Shown here piece after piece: positions 12,654-26,454 of a stretch of DNA of 64,000 nucleotides (positions within the stretch are counted from its first letter, which is position 1; every line of letters begins with the position of its first letter). Source of the stretch: Eledone cirrhosa (lineage: Eukaryota). The notes beneath the pieces were generated by a model, which had not been told where the DNA came from, made no database searches, and saw only the letters and a program-made list of their open reading frames with translations. A program made the translations under genes and the position numbers. Where the stretch lies: assembly GCA_964016885.1 (NCBI GenBank), contig OZ024746.1, positions 67,890,001 to 67,954,000 on the forward strand, given 5' to 3'.

Positions 12654-13013
12654 ATATATTATATATATAAACAAGAAGTGTAAGTCAATGGGTTAAAATT
12701 AACTTTGTTTATTCATATCTGCCGTTATATATATTTAACTAACCAACACATACGCAAATTTAAATATATATCTATATACCATCATGAACATCATCATTTT
12801 ATGTCTGATCTCAATTCTGACAAACGTTGAACTGGTTGTCATGGTCTTAGACTGAAATGGTAGGGGAATCAATTCCTGCTTATTCTTTCCATATTCTAGC
12901 ATGGACTTTCTATCACCAACAATTTTACAGTGATACCACAACTAGAGAAGTTCTCAGGTACACAATGTGTAATGTGAGCCATTTGCTAGCAAGGAAAATA
13001 GGACATAAGATCA

Positions 13014-13199
13014 TAATTGTTTCTATTTTAGGCACAAGGCCAGCAATTACCCAGTACATTACTGGTACTTTATTTTATCGACCCCGTAAGGATGAAAGGC
13101 AAAGTTAACCTCGGCGGGATTTGAACTCAGATCATAAAGGGACGTAACTCTATGCTTCAAAGCATGGTGTCCGACTCTCTACCGATACTGCCAATCCAC
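13014..13199 (-). mobile_element. SINE-A with TSD taagatcataat
   Basis: Consensus match and flanking direct repeat. Confidence 0.92.
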
Positions 13200-13503
13200 T
13201 AAGATCATAATGATATTCATTCATTACTAAGATGAAACTAGTCAGTCACTGTGAGATATTGTACTTTCACTTCCCTCAGTAATATATAACACACATACAC
13301 ACACACACACATATAGTAGTAATGGGTAAATAAAAATCCAAGGTGCAGAGCAACTCAAGTCTATTTGGCAAGTTTGAATATAAATATTCAGGTCATTACT
13401 ACAACGAAACGTACATACCTGGTGTGGTACTGTTGTAGTACTGACCTGAATGTTTCTCTCTCTTTCTCTATATATATAAATAATATATATATGTGTGATT
13501 ATA

Positions 13504-13690
13504 TAATTGTTTCTACTTTTGGCACAAGGCCAGCAATTACCCAGTGTATTACTGGTACTTTATTTTATCGACCCCGTAAGGATGGAAGGCAAGGTTAACC
13601 TCGGCAGGATTTGAACTCAGAATGGCAAGGGCCGTAACTCTTGGCGTCAAAGCATGGCGTCCGACCCCCTACCGATACTGCCAATCCACC
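13504..13690 (-). mobile_element. SINE-A with degenerate TSD atgtgtg..tatataat
   Basis: Consensus match. Confidence 0.9.
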
Positions 13691-13728
13691 AATGTGTGTA
13701 TATATAATGATACATCATCATCATCATC

Positions 13729-13768
<40 letters not shown>

Positions 13769-14017
13769 CATTAAATATATAAATAAATATATAAATATAT
13801 AATTAAATATATAAATAGATAAATAAATGCCATTGTTAAATAATAAATAAATCAACTACTACCTTAACACTTCACACAAAGTAAAACATTTCGTTTTAAT
13901 CATTTTCTAACCCAGAAAAAAGAGAGAGAGAGAGACAAAAAAGAAAAAATATATATATATATATATATTTTTCTTCCTCATAATCGTTTCTTTCGCTCTG
14001 TTTTCATATATATATAT

Positions 14018-14053
<36 letters not shown>

Positions 14054-14187
14054 TTGAAGACTAAAATCCAAAGAGGGCTCGATAAGGATAAATAAGATCC
14101 CGTTAAGGGTGAAAGCAGCGATTCTTTGCTTAAACTTTAATCTGTTATTTTAATAAATAAATAATTAATATATATATATATATATAT

Positions 14188-14625
14188 GGAGGCCACGAGC
14201 CAGGTCTGTGGCTGGAGCACAGTTCCACCAAGACAGAGGATGACATGGTGGTTTAATGACAAGGTAGAAAGAGCCATTAAAAGAAAATGACAAGTTTGGA
14301 GAAAATGGAGGAAGGGAGGAGACAGAAAGCAATACCAAATTGCTAGAAGGGAGGCCAAGTGTGTCCAAGATGATAATGGGGCACTTTCCCTGTCTGAGAC
14401 TGAAAAGAATAAGGCATCAAAAACAGTATGAGAGATTGCAGTATGAAACAAAAAGAGTCCAGTCCACACTGTAAAGTGGTTGGCATCAAGAAATAGAAAC
14501 CAAGCCAAAAGCAGTTCTGTGTGAGAAAAACATGGTTCTCTGACCTGCCTTGTCTCACAACGAGACCGCTCGTCTAACCCATGCTAGTGTGGGAAATGGA
14601 CATTACACGATGATAATGATGATAT
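14188..14625 (+). mobile_element. RTE-like LINE internal fragment fused to an (ATG)n-tailed 3' module
   Basis: TWWFNDKVERAIK...WRKWRKGGDRKQYQIARREAK followed by the family tail. Confidence 0.6.
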
Positions 14626-15078
14626 ATGATGTATGAAAAAGACTGGACTTTGATGATAGGTTTTGTTGCTCAGAGTTAAGTTTGGAGCTCAACAACAACA
14701 ACATCAGTGAAGAACTGAATTAGTAACGTATTTTCTTTATTTCATACTATGCTGTTGTTTATGACAATTATAGAGGATTGATAGTTTCTAGATGCAATAC
14801 AGGATACAAGATCATAATGAAAAATAAAAAGAATAGGTTTTTAAATTATGCTATAAAAAGAAAACAGAACTGACATGAAAAACAATCGATAGTCTAGATT
14901 TCTTTTCTTTTTGACAATTTTTCTGTAATCAATAAATAAAGAAAATATACATGTTTCAATCCTAATTAAAGTACACTTATTCACAATCTAACAACTTGCA
15001 AGAAGAAATAATTTGTTTTCTGTTTTTGTTATTTTTCTTGCTGAAATTATACTTAAAAAGAGAAGAAAATCATTATAT

Positions 15079-15131
<53 letters not shown>

Positions 15132-15446
15132 GCTTTATTGGATTTGGGGCAATTATCTGAATTATCTAAATTTCCTTCAGTTTCAACTCAATAATGCCAG
15201 AAGGTTTCAAAGAGTTAAATAAAATAGAGTGACAAAAAGTTCCAATTTTTCCAAGGAAGGATTATTGAATTAGATAATTTATTGAATTAGATAATTTATT
15301 CCTATTATTCAGTAGGAAAGTGTATATGAATACACAGTTACATTTATACGCTTGCTGTATATATATATATATATATTCCTGATGATTTCTAAAGAATGAA
15401 ACAGTTCTAGTTCGGTAGAATCTCATCTATATATATATATATATAT

Positions 15447-15795
15447 GGAGGCACATGGCTTAGTGGTTAGAGCATTGGCCTTGCAATCAAAATGTTGTGA
15501 GTTCAATTCTCAGACCGGGTGATGTGTTGTTTCCTTGAGCAAGACACTTTATTTCACATTGCTCCAGTTTACTCAGCTGTAGAAATGAGATGATAGGAAC
15601 TGGGGTCCATATCATTCCACTGCAAAGTGGTCGTGGAGGTGCCACGGCAAAAAAGCACCCAGCACTCACTGTAAATGAGGTTGGTGTTAGGAAGGGCATC
15701 CAGCTGTAGAAATCAAGCCAGAATCAGTTCCCGTCCCACCCTTGCAAGCAGGGAAAAAGCGGACGTAAAATGAAATGATGATGATGAATGATGAT
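15447..15795 (+). mobile_element. SINE family B, full-length, tRNA head, RTE-type tail
   Basis: A box tggcttagtggt, B box gagttcaattc, core ccttgagcaagacactt, (ATG)n tail. Near-identical to 45771-46108. Confidence 0.9.
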
Positions 15796-16440
15796 ATATA
15801 TATTATAAAATGTTAGTGTGACAGAACAGTAGTGAACTGAGAGAAAAGTTGCACTGGTATGGTTTTGTGATGAATAGGAAGAGCATGAATTGTATAAAGA
15901 AGTGCCAAGCACTTGACAACCTCTATGGGAGTGGGCGTTCAAAGAGGACATGAGACAAAATTGAAATTAATGACCTCAAGAAACTGAAATTCATGCCAGA
16001 AGGTTTCAAAGAGTTAAATGAGATAACACAGGATTTAACTGATTGACAATTTGTCATTATACAAAAGATGCAGCTACCAATACATGGACTGGAGAAATAC
16101 CTTAGACTGCAGTGGATGCAATGACTTCAGCCATGATGGAACACACTCGATACCACCCCTGCCATAAAATGTTTAGTGAACAGACCAAAACAATGTTGGT
16201 GTCATGATACAATGCACCTGGTATACTCTGTAATGTGGTTGGCAATCAGAGACAATATAGGCTAGAGAGAACTCTTCAATCTGCTCAACCATATGATAAT
16301 CTCTCTAGAGCTGCTACCAGTAAAATGCACCTTAGTACCCCCTGTAATTTGGTTGATGTTAGAAAAGACATCCAGCTAGAGGAACCATGCTAAAAATAGA
16401 ACATATGAGCATACATCTACACTCATACATGTGTGTGTGA

Positions 16441-16474
<34 letters not shown>

Positions 16475-17509
16475 TCACAAGCATACACATATATATATAT
16501 ATATATTCACATATGCACATACATGAGACGGAAAGCAAGAGGAAGTGAGATACTCTTTGTCAATCCTTTTACTATATCAACAGTGTTATTACTCCAATAT
16601 ATTATACTCTTCAGTTAATCAGCCACTAACATCTAGTCAGTGTTATGTTACTGTGCAACGACATCACTTTCAACTAATCAGTATTTCTTTCTTGTTTACC
16701 ATCTCTAAATTTAAAAATGTTTTAATGTCTAGGAAAGTCACAAACATTATTTTAGACATTTATGAGATAATTTTTTGGAGAGCTGAAGATTGAAAAACAA
16801 CTTTAACACATTCTGCTTTCATTGTGTTTTGATAATGTGTATACTCTGGTATTAACTTGGTTAAATGATTTCTTTTTTAGATATGTTTGTGCTAATGTTC
16901 TTGCGTGGTAAAAACTATAAAGAAAGTTGATATTCTGTCAAGGTAAAGAAATTTTCTGCACTCTAAATTAGAAAGTTATAAGTTTATATACCTCATCAGT
17001 GGAGTTATACTGACTTTGAAAAAAGTACTGGAAACTTCCAATCTCAATCCATCTAGTTTTATATTAGATATCAAAGGAGAGAAAGTATTGATTGTCTAAA
17101 TAGTAACCAATATACTTATGGCAGAATAGGTAGAGTATCAAATAAAATGTCTTGTGGTAGTTTGTCCAGTTCTTTACATTCTCAGTTTAAATCTTGCCAA
17201 AGCCAACATTGTCTTATACCTATAGGGTTGATAAAACAAGGTACCAGTCAAGTAGTGGGATTTATTTTCTGGTTTTATGTCCCTGTTAGAAATCATCATG
17301 ATGGCCACTAGGTCAGTCATGATTGAGAAAAATCTATTATCAAAAGACTTCCAGTTGTAACCATCCTACTACATTATCTAAGGCAGTCTCCTTTATTTAA
17401 GATATTAGGCTCTGATTTGAGGAAGATTTGGCAGAAATTTTTAGCAGGTCCATCCATGCTGTAGAGGCTCTCTTGTTAGCCCATTAGAAATTATTATTTA
17501 TATAAGTGT

Positions 17510-17690
17510 CTGGCAGTATCTGTAGAGGGTCGGACACCAGGCTTTCTAGCATAGTTACGTCCCTTTACGGTCTGAATTCAAATCCCGCCGAGGTTAACTT
17601 TGCCTTTCATCCTTACGGGGTCGATAAAATAAAGTACCAGTAATGTACTGGGTAATTGCTGGCCTTGTGCCAAAAGTAGAAACAATTATT
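17510..17690 (+). mobile_element. SINE-A with TSD attatttatataagtgtct
   Basis: Consensus match and exact flanking repeat. Confidence 0.92.
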
Positions 17691-17904
17691 TATATAAGTG
17701 TCTCAATATATTAAATCACTGATAGACATAAATTTCTATATTTGCTTCTATAAATCCATTATGCAATTTTCTAACAAACAAATCCATATATGAAAGAATC
17801 TAAAATATTTTAAACATTTTAAATGGTAGAGTAAAAATGAAATATTGAAGGTAATACAGTACTGAAGAAATATCAGTTAAAATCTATTGCAGGCATTTTA
17901 TTAA

Positions 17905-18185
17905 GACCATTGTCATCATTTTACACTGGTTTTCCCATGCTTGCAAAGGTTGGATGGGTTCATTCCAGCATAGCCTCCCTCCTCTAATAACATTCCTTCA
18001 TCATCTCCACTGTGAGGTACAGTATTTTGAGATCAGCTCTAGCCAATAGGTTTTTCTCAGTCATTCTTTACTGCAGCTTCCCTCCACTCTACTGGCATCT
18101 CCTTGCACTTCTTCACCCATCCTTCATCCACAACACATGTCCATTCCAGTGACAGTGTTCTTTCTTGCACACTACATCATATTCC
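17905..18185 (-). mobile_element. Degenerate RTE-like LINE 3' end
   Basis: Similar to 11977-12270. Confidence 0.6.
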
Positions 18186-19855
18186 TGTTATGATAGAATA
18201 TTTAAATATATACTGCAGTAATTTACAGTCTTTTACCAGCATGACCCATTCTGGCAAACCAATAATCCTCTGCAACACATATTTTAATATTTAAATAAAA
18301 AACTCCAATTTAATAAAATTAGCATTTCATACTTTTCTTGGAGAAATTTTTCTCAGTTCTTTTTTTAGTAAATATTGTAGTCTCTCCCTTATTTACACAG
18401 CTTATTGTATAATATACTCATAAACATTTTATATTTTATCAAATATTTTCAAAGTATAACATATTTTCAAACAGATGTAAAAAAGGAGATGGTGATGATG
18501 TCCACGCACACGCACGCACACACACACACACACCTAACAAACTTCTGTACAGTTTTTTACTTTGTGTGTGAGTGTGTGTGTTTTGAGGAGGAGGACATTA
18601 TGTCATTTTCTGTCCAAATTGATTTTTACATTATGTCCTCCTGTAGTCCCAGACAAATTGTTAAGTGTAACATAACCAGCTAAAACCCCATGATGACGTT
18701 GCCCCAGGATGGCCCCAGTCAAATGTTTGCAATTAATAAAAGAATAAAAGTATATATTTTCAGACCATTTCATAGTCATTTAGCACCAAGTGAGTTCTGA
18801 ATTATTAAGAAATTTTAGCCAAGATAATTCTGTTTTTATTACAGACAGAATGTATCTTTTCATTTTAAGACAGTGGGGTATATTTTGTGAGGGATTCTGC
18901 TGTTATTTCTAGCAGATAAAGCGACCACATACTGGCTCCTTCATTGGCTCATCAATCGGCTAGATATTTAGCAAGGTAGCTTAGTGCACAATTTATTTCT
19001 TCGTTAATTCATAATATTAATGTGTTGAGTGAGGATTGATCATCCTAAATTACTTGTACAAAAGTATTTAGTTCTATCAAATTGTTTTTGCTGAAAAAAT
19101 AGATACAAAAAGAAAAACCGATTTTTGGAGATAGAAAAAAAATATTTCCATTTAATAGAAGTGACTTTGCAGATAAAAATATGGACAGCTGCCAAATCAT
19201 CTGTTGTTATTGTGAGATCTGTAAAAGAGTTGAAGTACAGTTCAGAGAAGCCACAAATTAAATCTTAGTGATTTTTTTCAGAACTTCTAATCACCCCTAA
19301 CCAGTCAAGTTCTCACTATATGGAAATGAGCCTTTTCAGCCAATGTTTTATTTGTACTATATACAAATGAGCATCTCCAGCTGATGTTCCATATGCAAAA
19401 ACTATATAGGCTTTAGCCTAGTTTTGTCTCAGTAGCATAGCATAACAATCCAGAATAGCTGTCTGGCATTTTTACTGCTAATGAGATATCTGTGACATGA
19501 TCACGGCTTTTAACAAAATTCATTGAGACATTCTTAGGTTTATTAAACATAGACATATTTTATATTCTCTCAAATATATATATATGTGTATGTTTAAACT
19601 GATTCAGTTTTACTGTGAAAACACAATAGTAAATATAGAATAATGTAAATGCTAAAGGATTAATAAAATGCAACTATTAAACTTTGTGGTTGGTGTTAGG
19701 AAGAACATCCAGTCTTAGAAATGATACCAAAAAATGGAGCATATGAGCAAGATATGGTTCTCCAGTTTGTCTAGGATGGCTGTAACTCTGAATAAGAACT
19801 GACTTGGACCATAGTGATCAATCCAACCCATGCCAACATAAAAAGTGGACATAAA

Positions 19856-20045
19856 ATAATTGTTTCTACTTTTAGCACAAGGCCAGCAATTACCTAGTGC
19901 ATTACTGGTACTTTATTTTATCGACCCCGTAAAGGATGAAAGGCAAAGTTAACCTCGGCGGGATTTGAACTCAGAATGACAAGGGCCGTAACTCTATACG
20001 TCAAAGCATGGCAGCCGACCCTCTACCGATACTGCCAATCCACCA
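19856..20045 (-). mobile_element. SINE-A full-length
   Basis: Consensus match. Confidence 0.9.
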
Positions 20046-20754
20046 ATAATGATATAACAAAATAAGACTAAATCATGTTTTAATTATCAGAAGATATTTT
20101 TTAGTGGAAGAAAAATATCATGGGTGGGTGGGGGTGCACTTTTTTTTCTTTTGTCCATTTTTTTTTTTATGATCACAGCAGATTGTATTGTTTATACCAT
20201 TCTCTTGAAATTCTTTGCATTAAACATGTCTTGTTGATTAATAGGAATCATTGAAGCTAGATATAATTACATCTTCCTGATCATTTACACTATATTTCCT
20301 TTATTTCTGTACATGTCTACTGATGCAAACAAATAAGAGTTCATCTCAACAGAAGGTGTCAATCTTATTTTTTATTGAAACAGATGGTATGGATAGTCAT
20401 TTAATAGTTTCTACATGATTAAATGTTCATTAATTTGTAATGATTATTTAAAAGTTTGGCCAAGTTGGTGGGCTATCAGTATAAAACTTCTTTTCTTAAA
20501 ATGATACAAAAACATAGTATTGGAAATATAGAGGATAACAAAGAACATTGCAAAAAAATACTTCTATGAACATGAATTAGACAATTCTGCAGATTAACAT
20601 CTGGCAAGAATTATTGAGTATCTTCCTTAAATTCAATGAGAATCAGCCTTATTTATGTAGGCATAATACATTGTAACATAATGTTACTGATGAGAGAAGC
20701 AACATTACTTTTGAGTTAGTGATACTTGTCTTAAATCATTCAACCACCACCTCC

Positions 20755-21165
20755 TCATCATCACTGTTTTACGTCTATCTATTCTTCCATGCTAACATGG
20801 GTTAGACAGGTTGTCCTATTATGGGCAATGCCAGGTCAGGTGACCATGTGTTGCTCATACAGAACTGATTTGGGCTTGATTTCTACAGCTGGGTGCCATT
20901 CCTAACACCAACCTCATTTACTGTGAGTACTGGGTGCTTTTTTATAATAGACATAAAGCATCCAGCCCACACTGTCATGACAAAAAGCACTCAGCACTCA
21001 CTGTAAATGTGGTTGGCATTAGGAAGAACATCCAGTTGTAGAAATCAGGCCCAAATCAGTTCCGTGTATGCAAATCAGGGCCCTCTGACCTGATCTTTCA
21101 AAATGGGACTGCCCATCCTATCCATGCTACCATTGAAAATGTATGTTAAACAATGATGATGATGA
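20755..21165. mobile_element. Head-to-head pair of (ATG)n-tailed retroposon 3' ends
   Basis: 20755-20942 is a diverged reverse complement of 20982-21165. Confidence 0.75.
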
Positions 21166-22026
21166 TTATGATGAATATATATAAACAACACAGTCATGTT
21201 GTCTTCTCACTCTGTTTCTTCTACCACTATTACAATGGCCTCTGTTATTCAAATTTGGTTGATCTCATGTCACCTCCACTCAGATTATTCTAACTCATAC
21301 ATCTATCTTCCTTGCCTACTCATCAACATTTCTACACATTAATCATAACAACCACATAAAATTCTATATTTAGTCACTAAAAATCCAGTGCTATAATTTA
21401 TGCAATATTGGATAACTTTTACTGTTTAATCAGGGAGGGCTAGACTGTGCTCATGACCCTTTTTAGCTTTTCAGGGCACCCAAGACTGGTAGGAATGAGA
21501 AAGGAGAATATCTTCAAATTTGAGAACTAGCACTTTATACTTTATAGGGTAGACTGGGTGTATTTTATTATGGTCACAACACTAACACTTCACAGAGTGT
21601 ACTGAGTAGATTTTATTGTGGCACCAGCACTAGAGAGGTTGTAACATGCTAGGCTAGACCAGAGAGACCTCTTTAACTCAACATTGTCTCCATTCAATTT
21701 CAATTGCCAAACATGGTAGCCTCCAGTCTGTTACCATGTTTACATTTAGTGTCACAGTACTAGTACTAGTGGAGAGATCTTTTCTATTATGGTGTATTGC
21801 CAGTCAGCTCGCCTCTGTTTCAGTCCCTTGCATTGGTCTTTCTGCATTAAGTTACAAATACTCCCTGTAAATGGAATGAATTAGTTATTGGTTCACTGAA
21901 GACCTATAACAAATGAGATTATTATAAAATGCATGATACGAAATAAAATGAAATAAATAAGTATGGATTTTTTGTAAAGAATATCAATATCTGATTATAT
22001 TAATAGATGTGATTAATGCTACTTAC

Positions 22027-22110
22027 ATGGTAAGTTTTGACATTAGTAATTCGGCTGATACCAGTTCTCGGTCCAACTACAATCATGTGTTCAGACTTGT
22101 GACCTCCATC
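22027..22110 (-). CDS. FRMPD4: FRMPD4-like exon F: DGGHKSEHMIVVGPRTGISRITNVKTYH
   Basis: tag acceptor, gtaagt donor, 84 nt, phase 0/0. VGPRxGIS is the FERM F3 motif. Confidence 0.9.
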
Positions 22111-22649
22111 CTACAATGAAAAGGAAATTTAAAACTCATTAATGTCAATTCCACAAAACAATAAAATACAATGTTTATCCCCAAAATCGATGTTTTATTC
22201 AACTGACCATTAAAATAATTTAAAGAGAAAGAGAGAGAGTTTGGACATGTAAGATCATGTGAATATTTTATACATACAATTGTATAAGTATAGGTGTGCA
22301 TGAATTATTCTTTTATTCTGTGGCCATGCTGGGGCCCCACCTTGATTTAGTCGATCATATAAGCCTCAAAACTTATTTTATCAATCTCTATTCTGTTGAA
22401 CATGCACAAATGTAAAGACAGGAACAGACACTCATATATATATATATTTGGTCAAAGAGTGTGACTAAACCTACTCTAAGGAGTGCTACTGCTTCCATTG
22501 TTTCACAACACAGTGATATTAGCTTAAACACTATTGCATCAAAATTATATGATAAAATGATTCTAAATTGTATACAACCATTTATATAGCTTTTATTAAG
22601 CTGGACCCAATGTGGTTTTCAAAAATCATGCTCCACTCTATCAATCATT

Positions 22650-23160
22650 TTAGTACTGAGGAGAATCATTGAGAGTTTGAAAGACAAACATTTGTCATTA
22701 TCATTAATATTCATTGACTTTTGAAAGGCATTTAATTCCATACATAAGAAAAGAATGTTCCAAATTCTTGGCATACTATTTTTAATAGTAAATCCAATTA
22801 AACAAGTCTATGAAAACACAGAAGCCCAGGTCAGGTGATCACACCAGATGATGAAACCTCCTTTTTCAGTATTTTAGTTGGCATATTTCTGGTGATACAT
22901 TAGCTCCATTTTTGTTCATTATTGTTTTAGATTATTCATTGAAAGAAGAATTAGAATGTCTGATAGAGGTTGTGGAATTGTTACAGAACCCAGGAGTTGG
23001 ATATGGTATCCAGAGATACGACTAAAGGATTTAGCATATGCTAATGACATTGCATAGATTAGTGAATAATTGAAGATTTATTACATTGTATTAACCATGC
23101 AGCAAATTTAGTTGGTTTACATCTTAATGCTAGCAAAACAGAAATTGCAACAGATGGAAT
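22650..23160 (+). mobile_element. Decayed RTE-like reverse transcriptase fragment
   Basis: Remnants of FIDF*KAFNSIH, GDTLAPFLFIIVLDY, LAYANDIA and GLHLNASKTE, with frameshifts. Confidence 0.7.
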
Positions 23161-23829
23161 CAAGTAGAAGACACCACGCAGTGGAACTGAACCCAGATCC
23201 AAGTGGTTTCAAAGTGAACTACAAAACCGCACACCATGCCTGCATGTGTGTGTGTATGTATGCATGAAAGTATGCATGTATGTATGCATTTGTGTTTACA
23301 AAGCTGATAAAAAGTAATTAGTATTTCATGCTGCTACTATTCAGGTAATTGGAATGTGTGTGTGTACTTCATTGTCGTCTTCATCATCATCATTTTTAAT
23401 GTTTGCATTCACTGCTGACAAGGGTTGGACGAGTCAAGTCAATATACACCAAGTCAAACAAGCCAGAGATCTATATCTCACTTTCCAATCGAGTGCTCAG
23501 GACAAGTTGCCATGTCTTTGACACAACTGAGGGTCCTGGCAACATTTCTATGGCTAGATGCCCTTCCTATCACCAACCACTTTACAGCATGTACTGGATC
23601 ATTTATTGTGTCAATCACCAACACTATGGAGGTTGTCATGCCCTTGACATGACTGGAGTCTCCTGCTGACCGTTTGTCTGACAGGTTTTCTATGGCTGGA
23701 TGCCCTTCCCATCACCAACTACTTCATGTGGGGGGTGGGGGGACTACCTGGAATGCGTGTGTGTTTGTAGGGCTGAAGTAATGAGTTGAGAATAACTGTT
23801 AAGGAGTACTAGTGGAAAAGTGGGGTAGC

Positions 23830-24780
23830 TCAGGTCACATTGTAAGCTGCAGGTCAGGTCTTCTTCAGCACTGTGTAGCAGCAGACCTCACAGTCTTTAC
23901 TCATTTCTGTTGTAAGGTTTAGCTTTCGAAAATCAGTCCTTACAACCTCATCCCAAATCTTCCTGGATCTGCCTCATCCATGGGTCCCAGTGACTGGGGT
24001 TTCTCTGCATTTATTTATGCAGCTTCAATCTTTCATGTGCATCACATGAATATACCAACACAGTCTTCTCTCTTGCACACTACAACCAATTCCTCTTTTG
24101 CCAAGTTTTTCCCTCAGTTTGCTTATGCTATGTCGCTCATGCACATTACACATCCATTACACATGCACATTACACATCCATTGGAGCATACTTGACTCGT
24201 TTCTTTCTAGCCTCTGCAGGTCTTCAGCAGTCAAAGCCCATGTTTCACTGTCATGTAACATTGCAGTTCATACACAGGCATTATGCAGTCTACCCTTCAC
24301 TCTGAGAGAAAAGCATTTTGTTGTTAGCAGTGGTAATAGATTTCTAAACTTCTTCCAGCCTGTTCTTAGCTATCACACTTTCAGCACATCCTCTCCCACA
24401 ACTATTTTGATCACTTAGGTAGCAAAAGCTGTCCACATCTTCTAGAGAGCTCACTTGTCAGTTTAGGGAATCTATTTCATGTGTGTTCTTTGTGCTCACT
24501 TCCTCGGTGCATCTGCCACATATAAAGTCTATCTTTTCCATTGACCTGCCTACAATCCCACTACATCTCTTGTGCATTCATAGTTTACATTGAGTGCACC
24601 TCATGGAATTTCTACCTACCCCTTTCTGGCATATCGAGCATGGCCACTTTCTTGATGGTATCACTTTCTTGTCTTATTCCTACTTATTAAGACTTTCATC
24701 TTTCCTAAATTTACTTTTAGACCTTTCAGCTCTAGGTTCTTCTACAATGCTTGAAATTTTGCTTCTAACTCTCCTAATGA
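23830..24780 (-). mobile_element. Decayed RTE-like LINE containing a PHD-like Cys/His finger
   Basis: KWPCSICQKGVGRNSMRCTQCKL*MHKRCSG...FICGRC followed by VDSFCYL and ETWA motifs. Confidence 0.78.
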
Positions 24781-26454
24781 CTCGGTTATGAGGACTAGGT
24801 GTGTTCCCTGCCAGCATGGGTTTGATAGATTATCATGGTCTGAAACTAGATTGGTCTAGGAACCACATTTTGCTTATATGTTCCATCTTTGGTAATCTTT
24901 ATAAAGCTGGATGTCCTTCTTAATGCTAACCACTTTATAGAGTGTACTAGGTAAGTTATTTGTGTTACCACATTACCACTATACAAGCTATATTTATATA
25001 TAATATAATATATATTCATTAACACTTACATATATATAGCTTGTCTATCATGTGAAAAAATGAAGCTAATTTCTTGCATGCATTTTTTTAATCACACTTC
25101 AATATTTACTTCTAATTGAATTTTGTCATTCTTACCAAATTGTTAATCATTAGAAGTATTTTGTTTCAGCCTCCTACTGCTTTTGAGTAACACCTGAAGA
25201 ATCTATTCCAAAAATAATTTAAAACAAGCATTTGAAGGTGTATTGTTACTAACGCAGGTGTATGTGTACCCACCTGGAGTTATGTTGTTTAGGAAGCTTC
25301 TAGCATAGATGTAGTTCAGATTAAATAATAAATATTTATGCACAATACAATTAAATAAATCTAAGATGAATTTAATATAGGTTTAATCGCAGTTATAAAT
25401 TCTAAACCATGCTGTGAAAAATGAACAAGTGTAAATCTTTGTTTCATAAACAGGAAAACGAAGATTGTCTTTGTGTTTCACACTTAGTTGTTACTGTTCA
25501 CCAATTGCAATATATAATAAATAAGTGAACTAGTAAAATAACTAAAACATGGAGACACGAGTTATTGTTTAGTAAAATAGTAATCAGTTAGTATGGATAT
25601 GTGAAGATAGAAAACTGATTGGATAGATAAATTGTGGCTGATGTAGATTATATATGTATTATAAAGAATAGGGATAAAAATTTTTTAAATAACACTCACA
25701 GTCTAAACAATAGTTGCTATGTTGGTTAACTTGAAAAGATAAATGAGGTAATATTAAGTGAGGAGAAATAACATTAGGAAGCACATGAAAAAGTTCACTT
25801 AGCACATCACAGCTGACAGTAACCAGAATAGATGTGGATTAACATGAAATAGGGTGATGAAAATTGCTTTGAAAAAGGCCCAAGTTAATAATGATAATCA
25901 TTAGACTTAGAGTTAAAGCTAAGAAACCAATTTCAATATGGCCAGAGTTCTTACTAGATTGTAAAGTAGATAACACATTTGACAATGAGAATTTAATAAT
26001 ACAAATGTAATTTTCTCTTGGCCAAAAAAGGCTATTAAACTCATCACCATAGTGGTTTTTACATCCACTTTTTCTATGGCATAGATAGGATGAAACGTTG
26101 TTGAGGCAGTTATTCTATGATCAGATGCCCTCCATAATGCTGGTATTCATCAAGCCACTAAGCTGCAGCCTGTGTTGTTTATGAAGGACATAAACAAATA
26201 TCACTGCTTGCCTTTTAAAACAGTGTTGATATGGAGTCATATCAAATGAACCACAAAAATACACACAAGCACACACACACAGACATATATATATATATAT
26301 TTAATATGATGATTTCCTTCGAATGAAACAGTTCTAGTCCTGTAGAAGACATTTCTATATTAAATATTTATACTCTGCTATGTATTGAGTACCTTACTTA
26401 CTGTGGTTACCCCCGATTGAACCCAGGATACACACACACTCATATATATATAAC

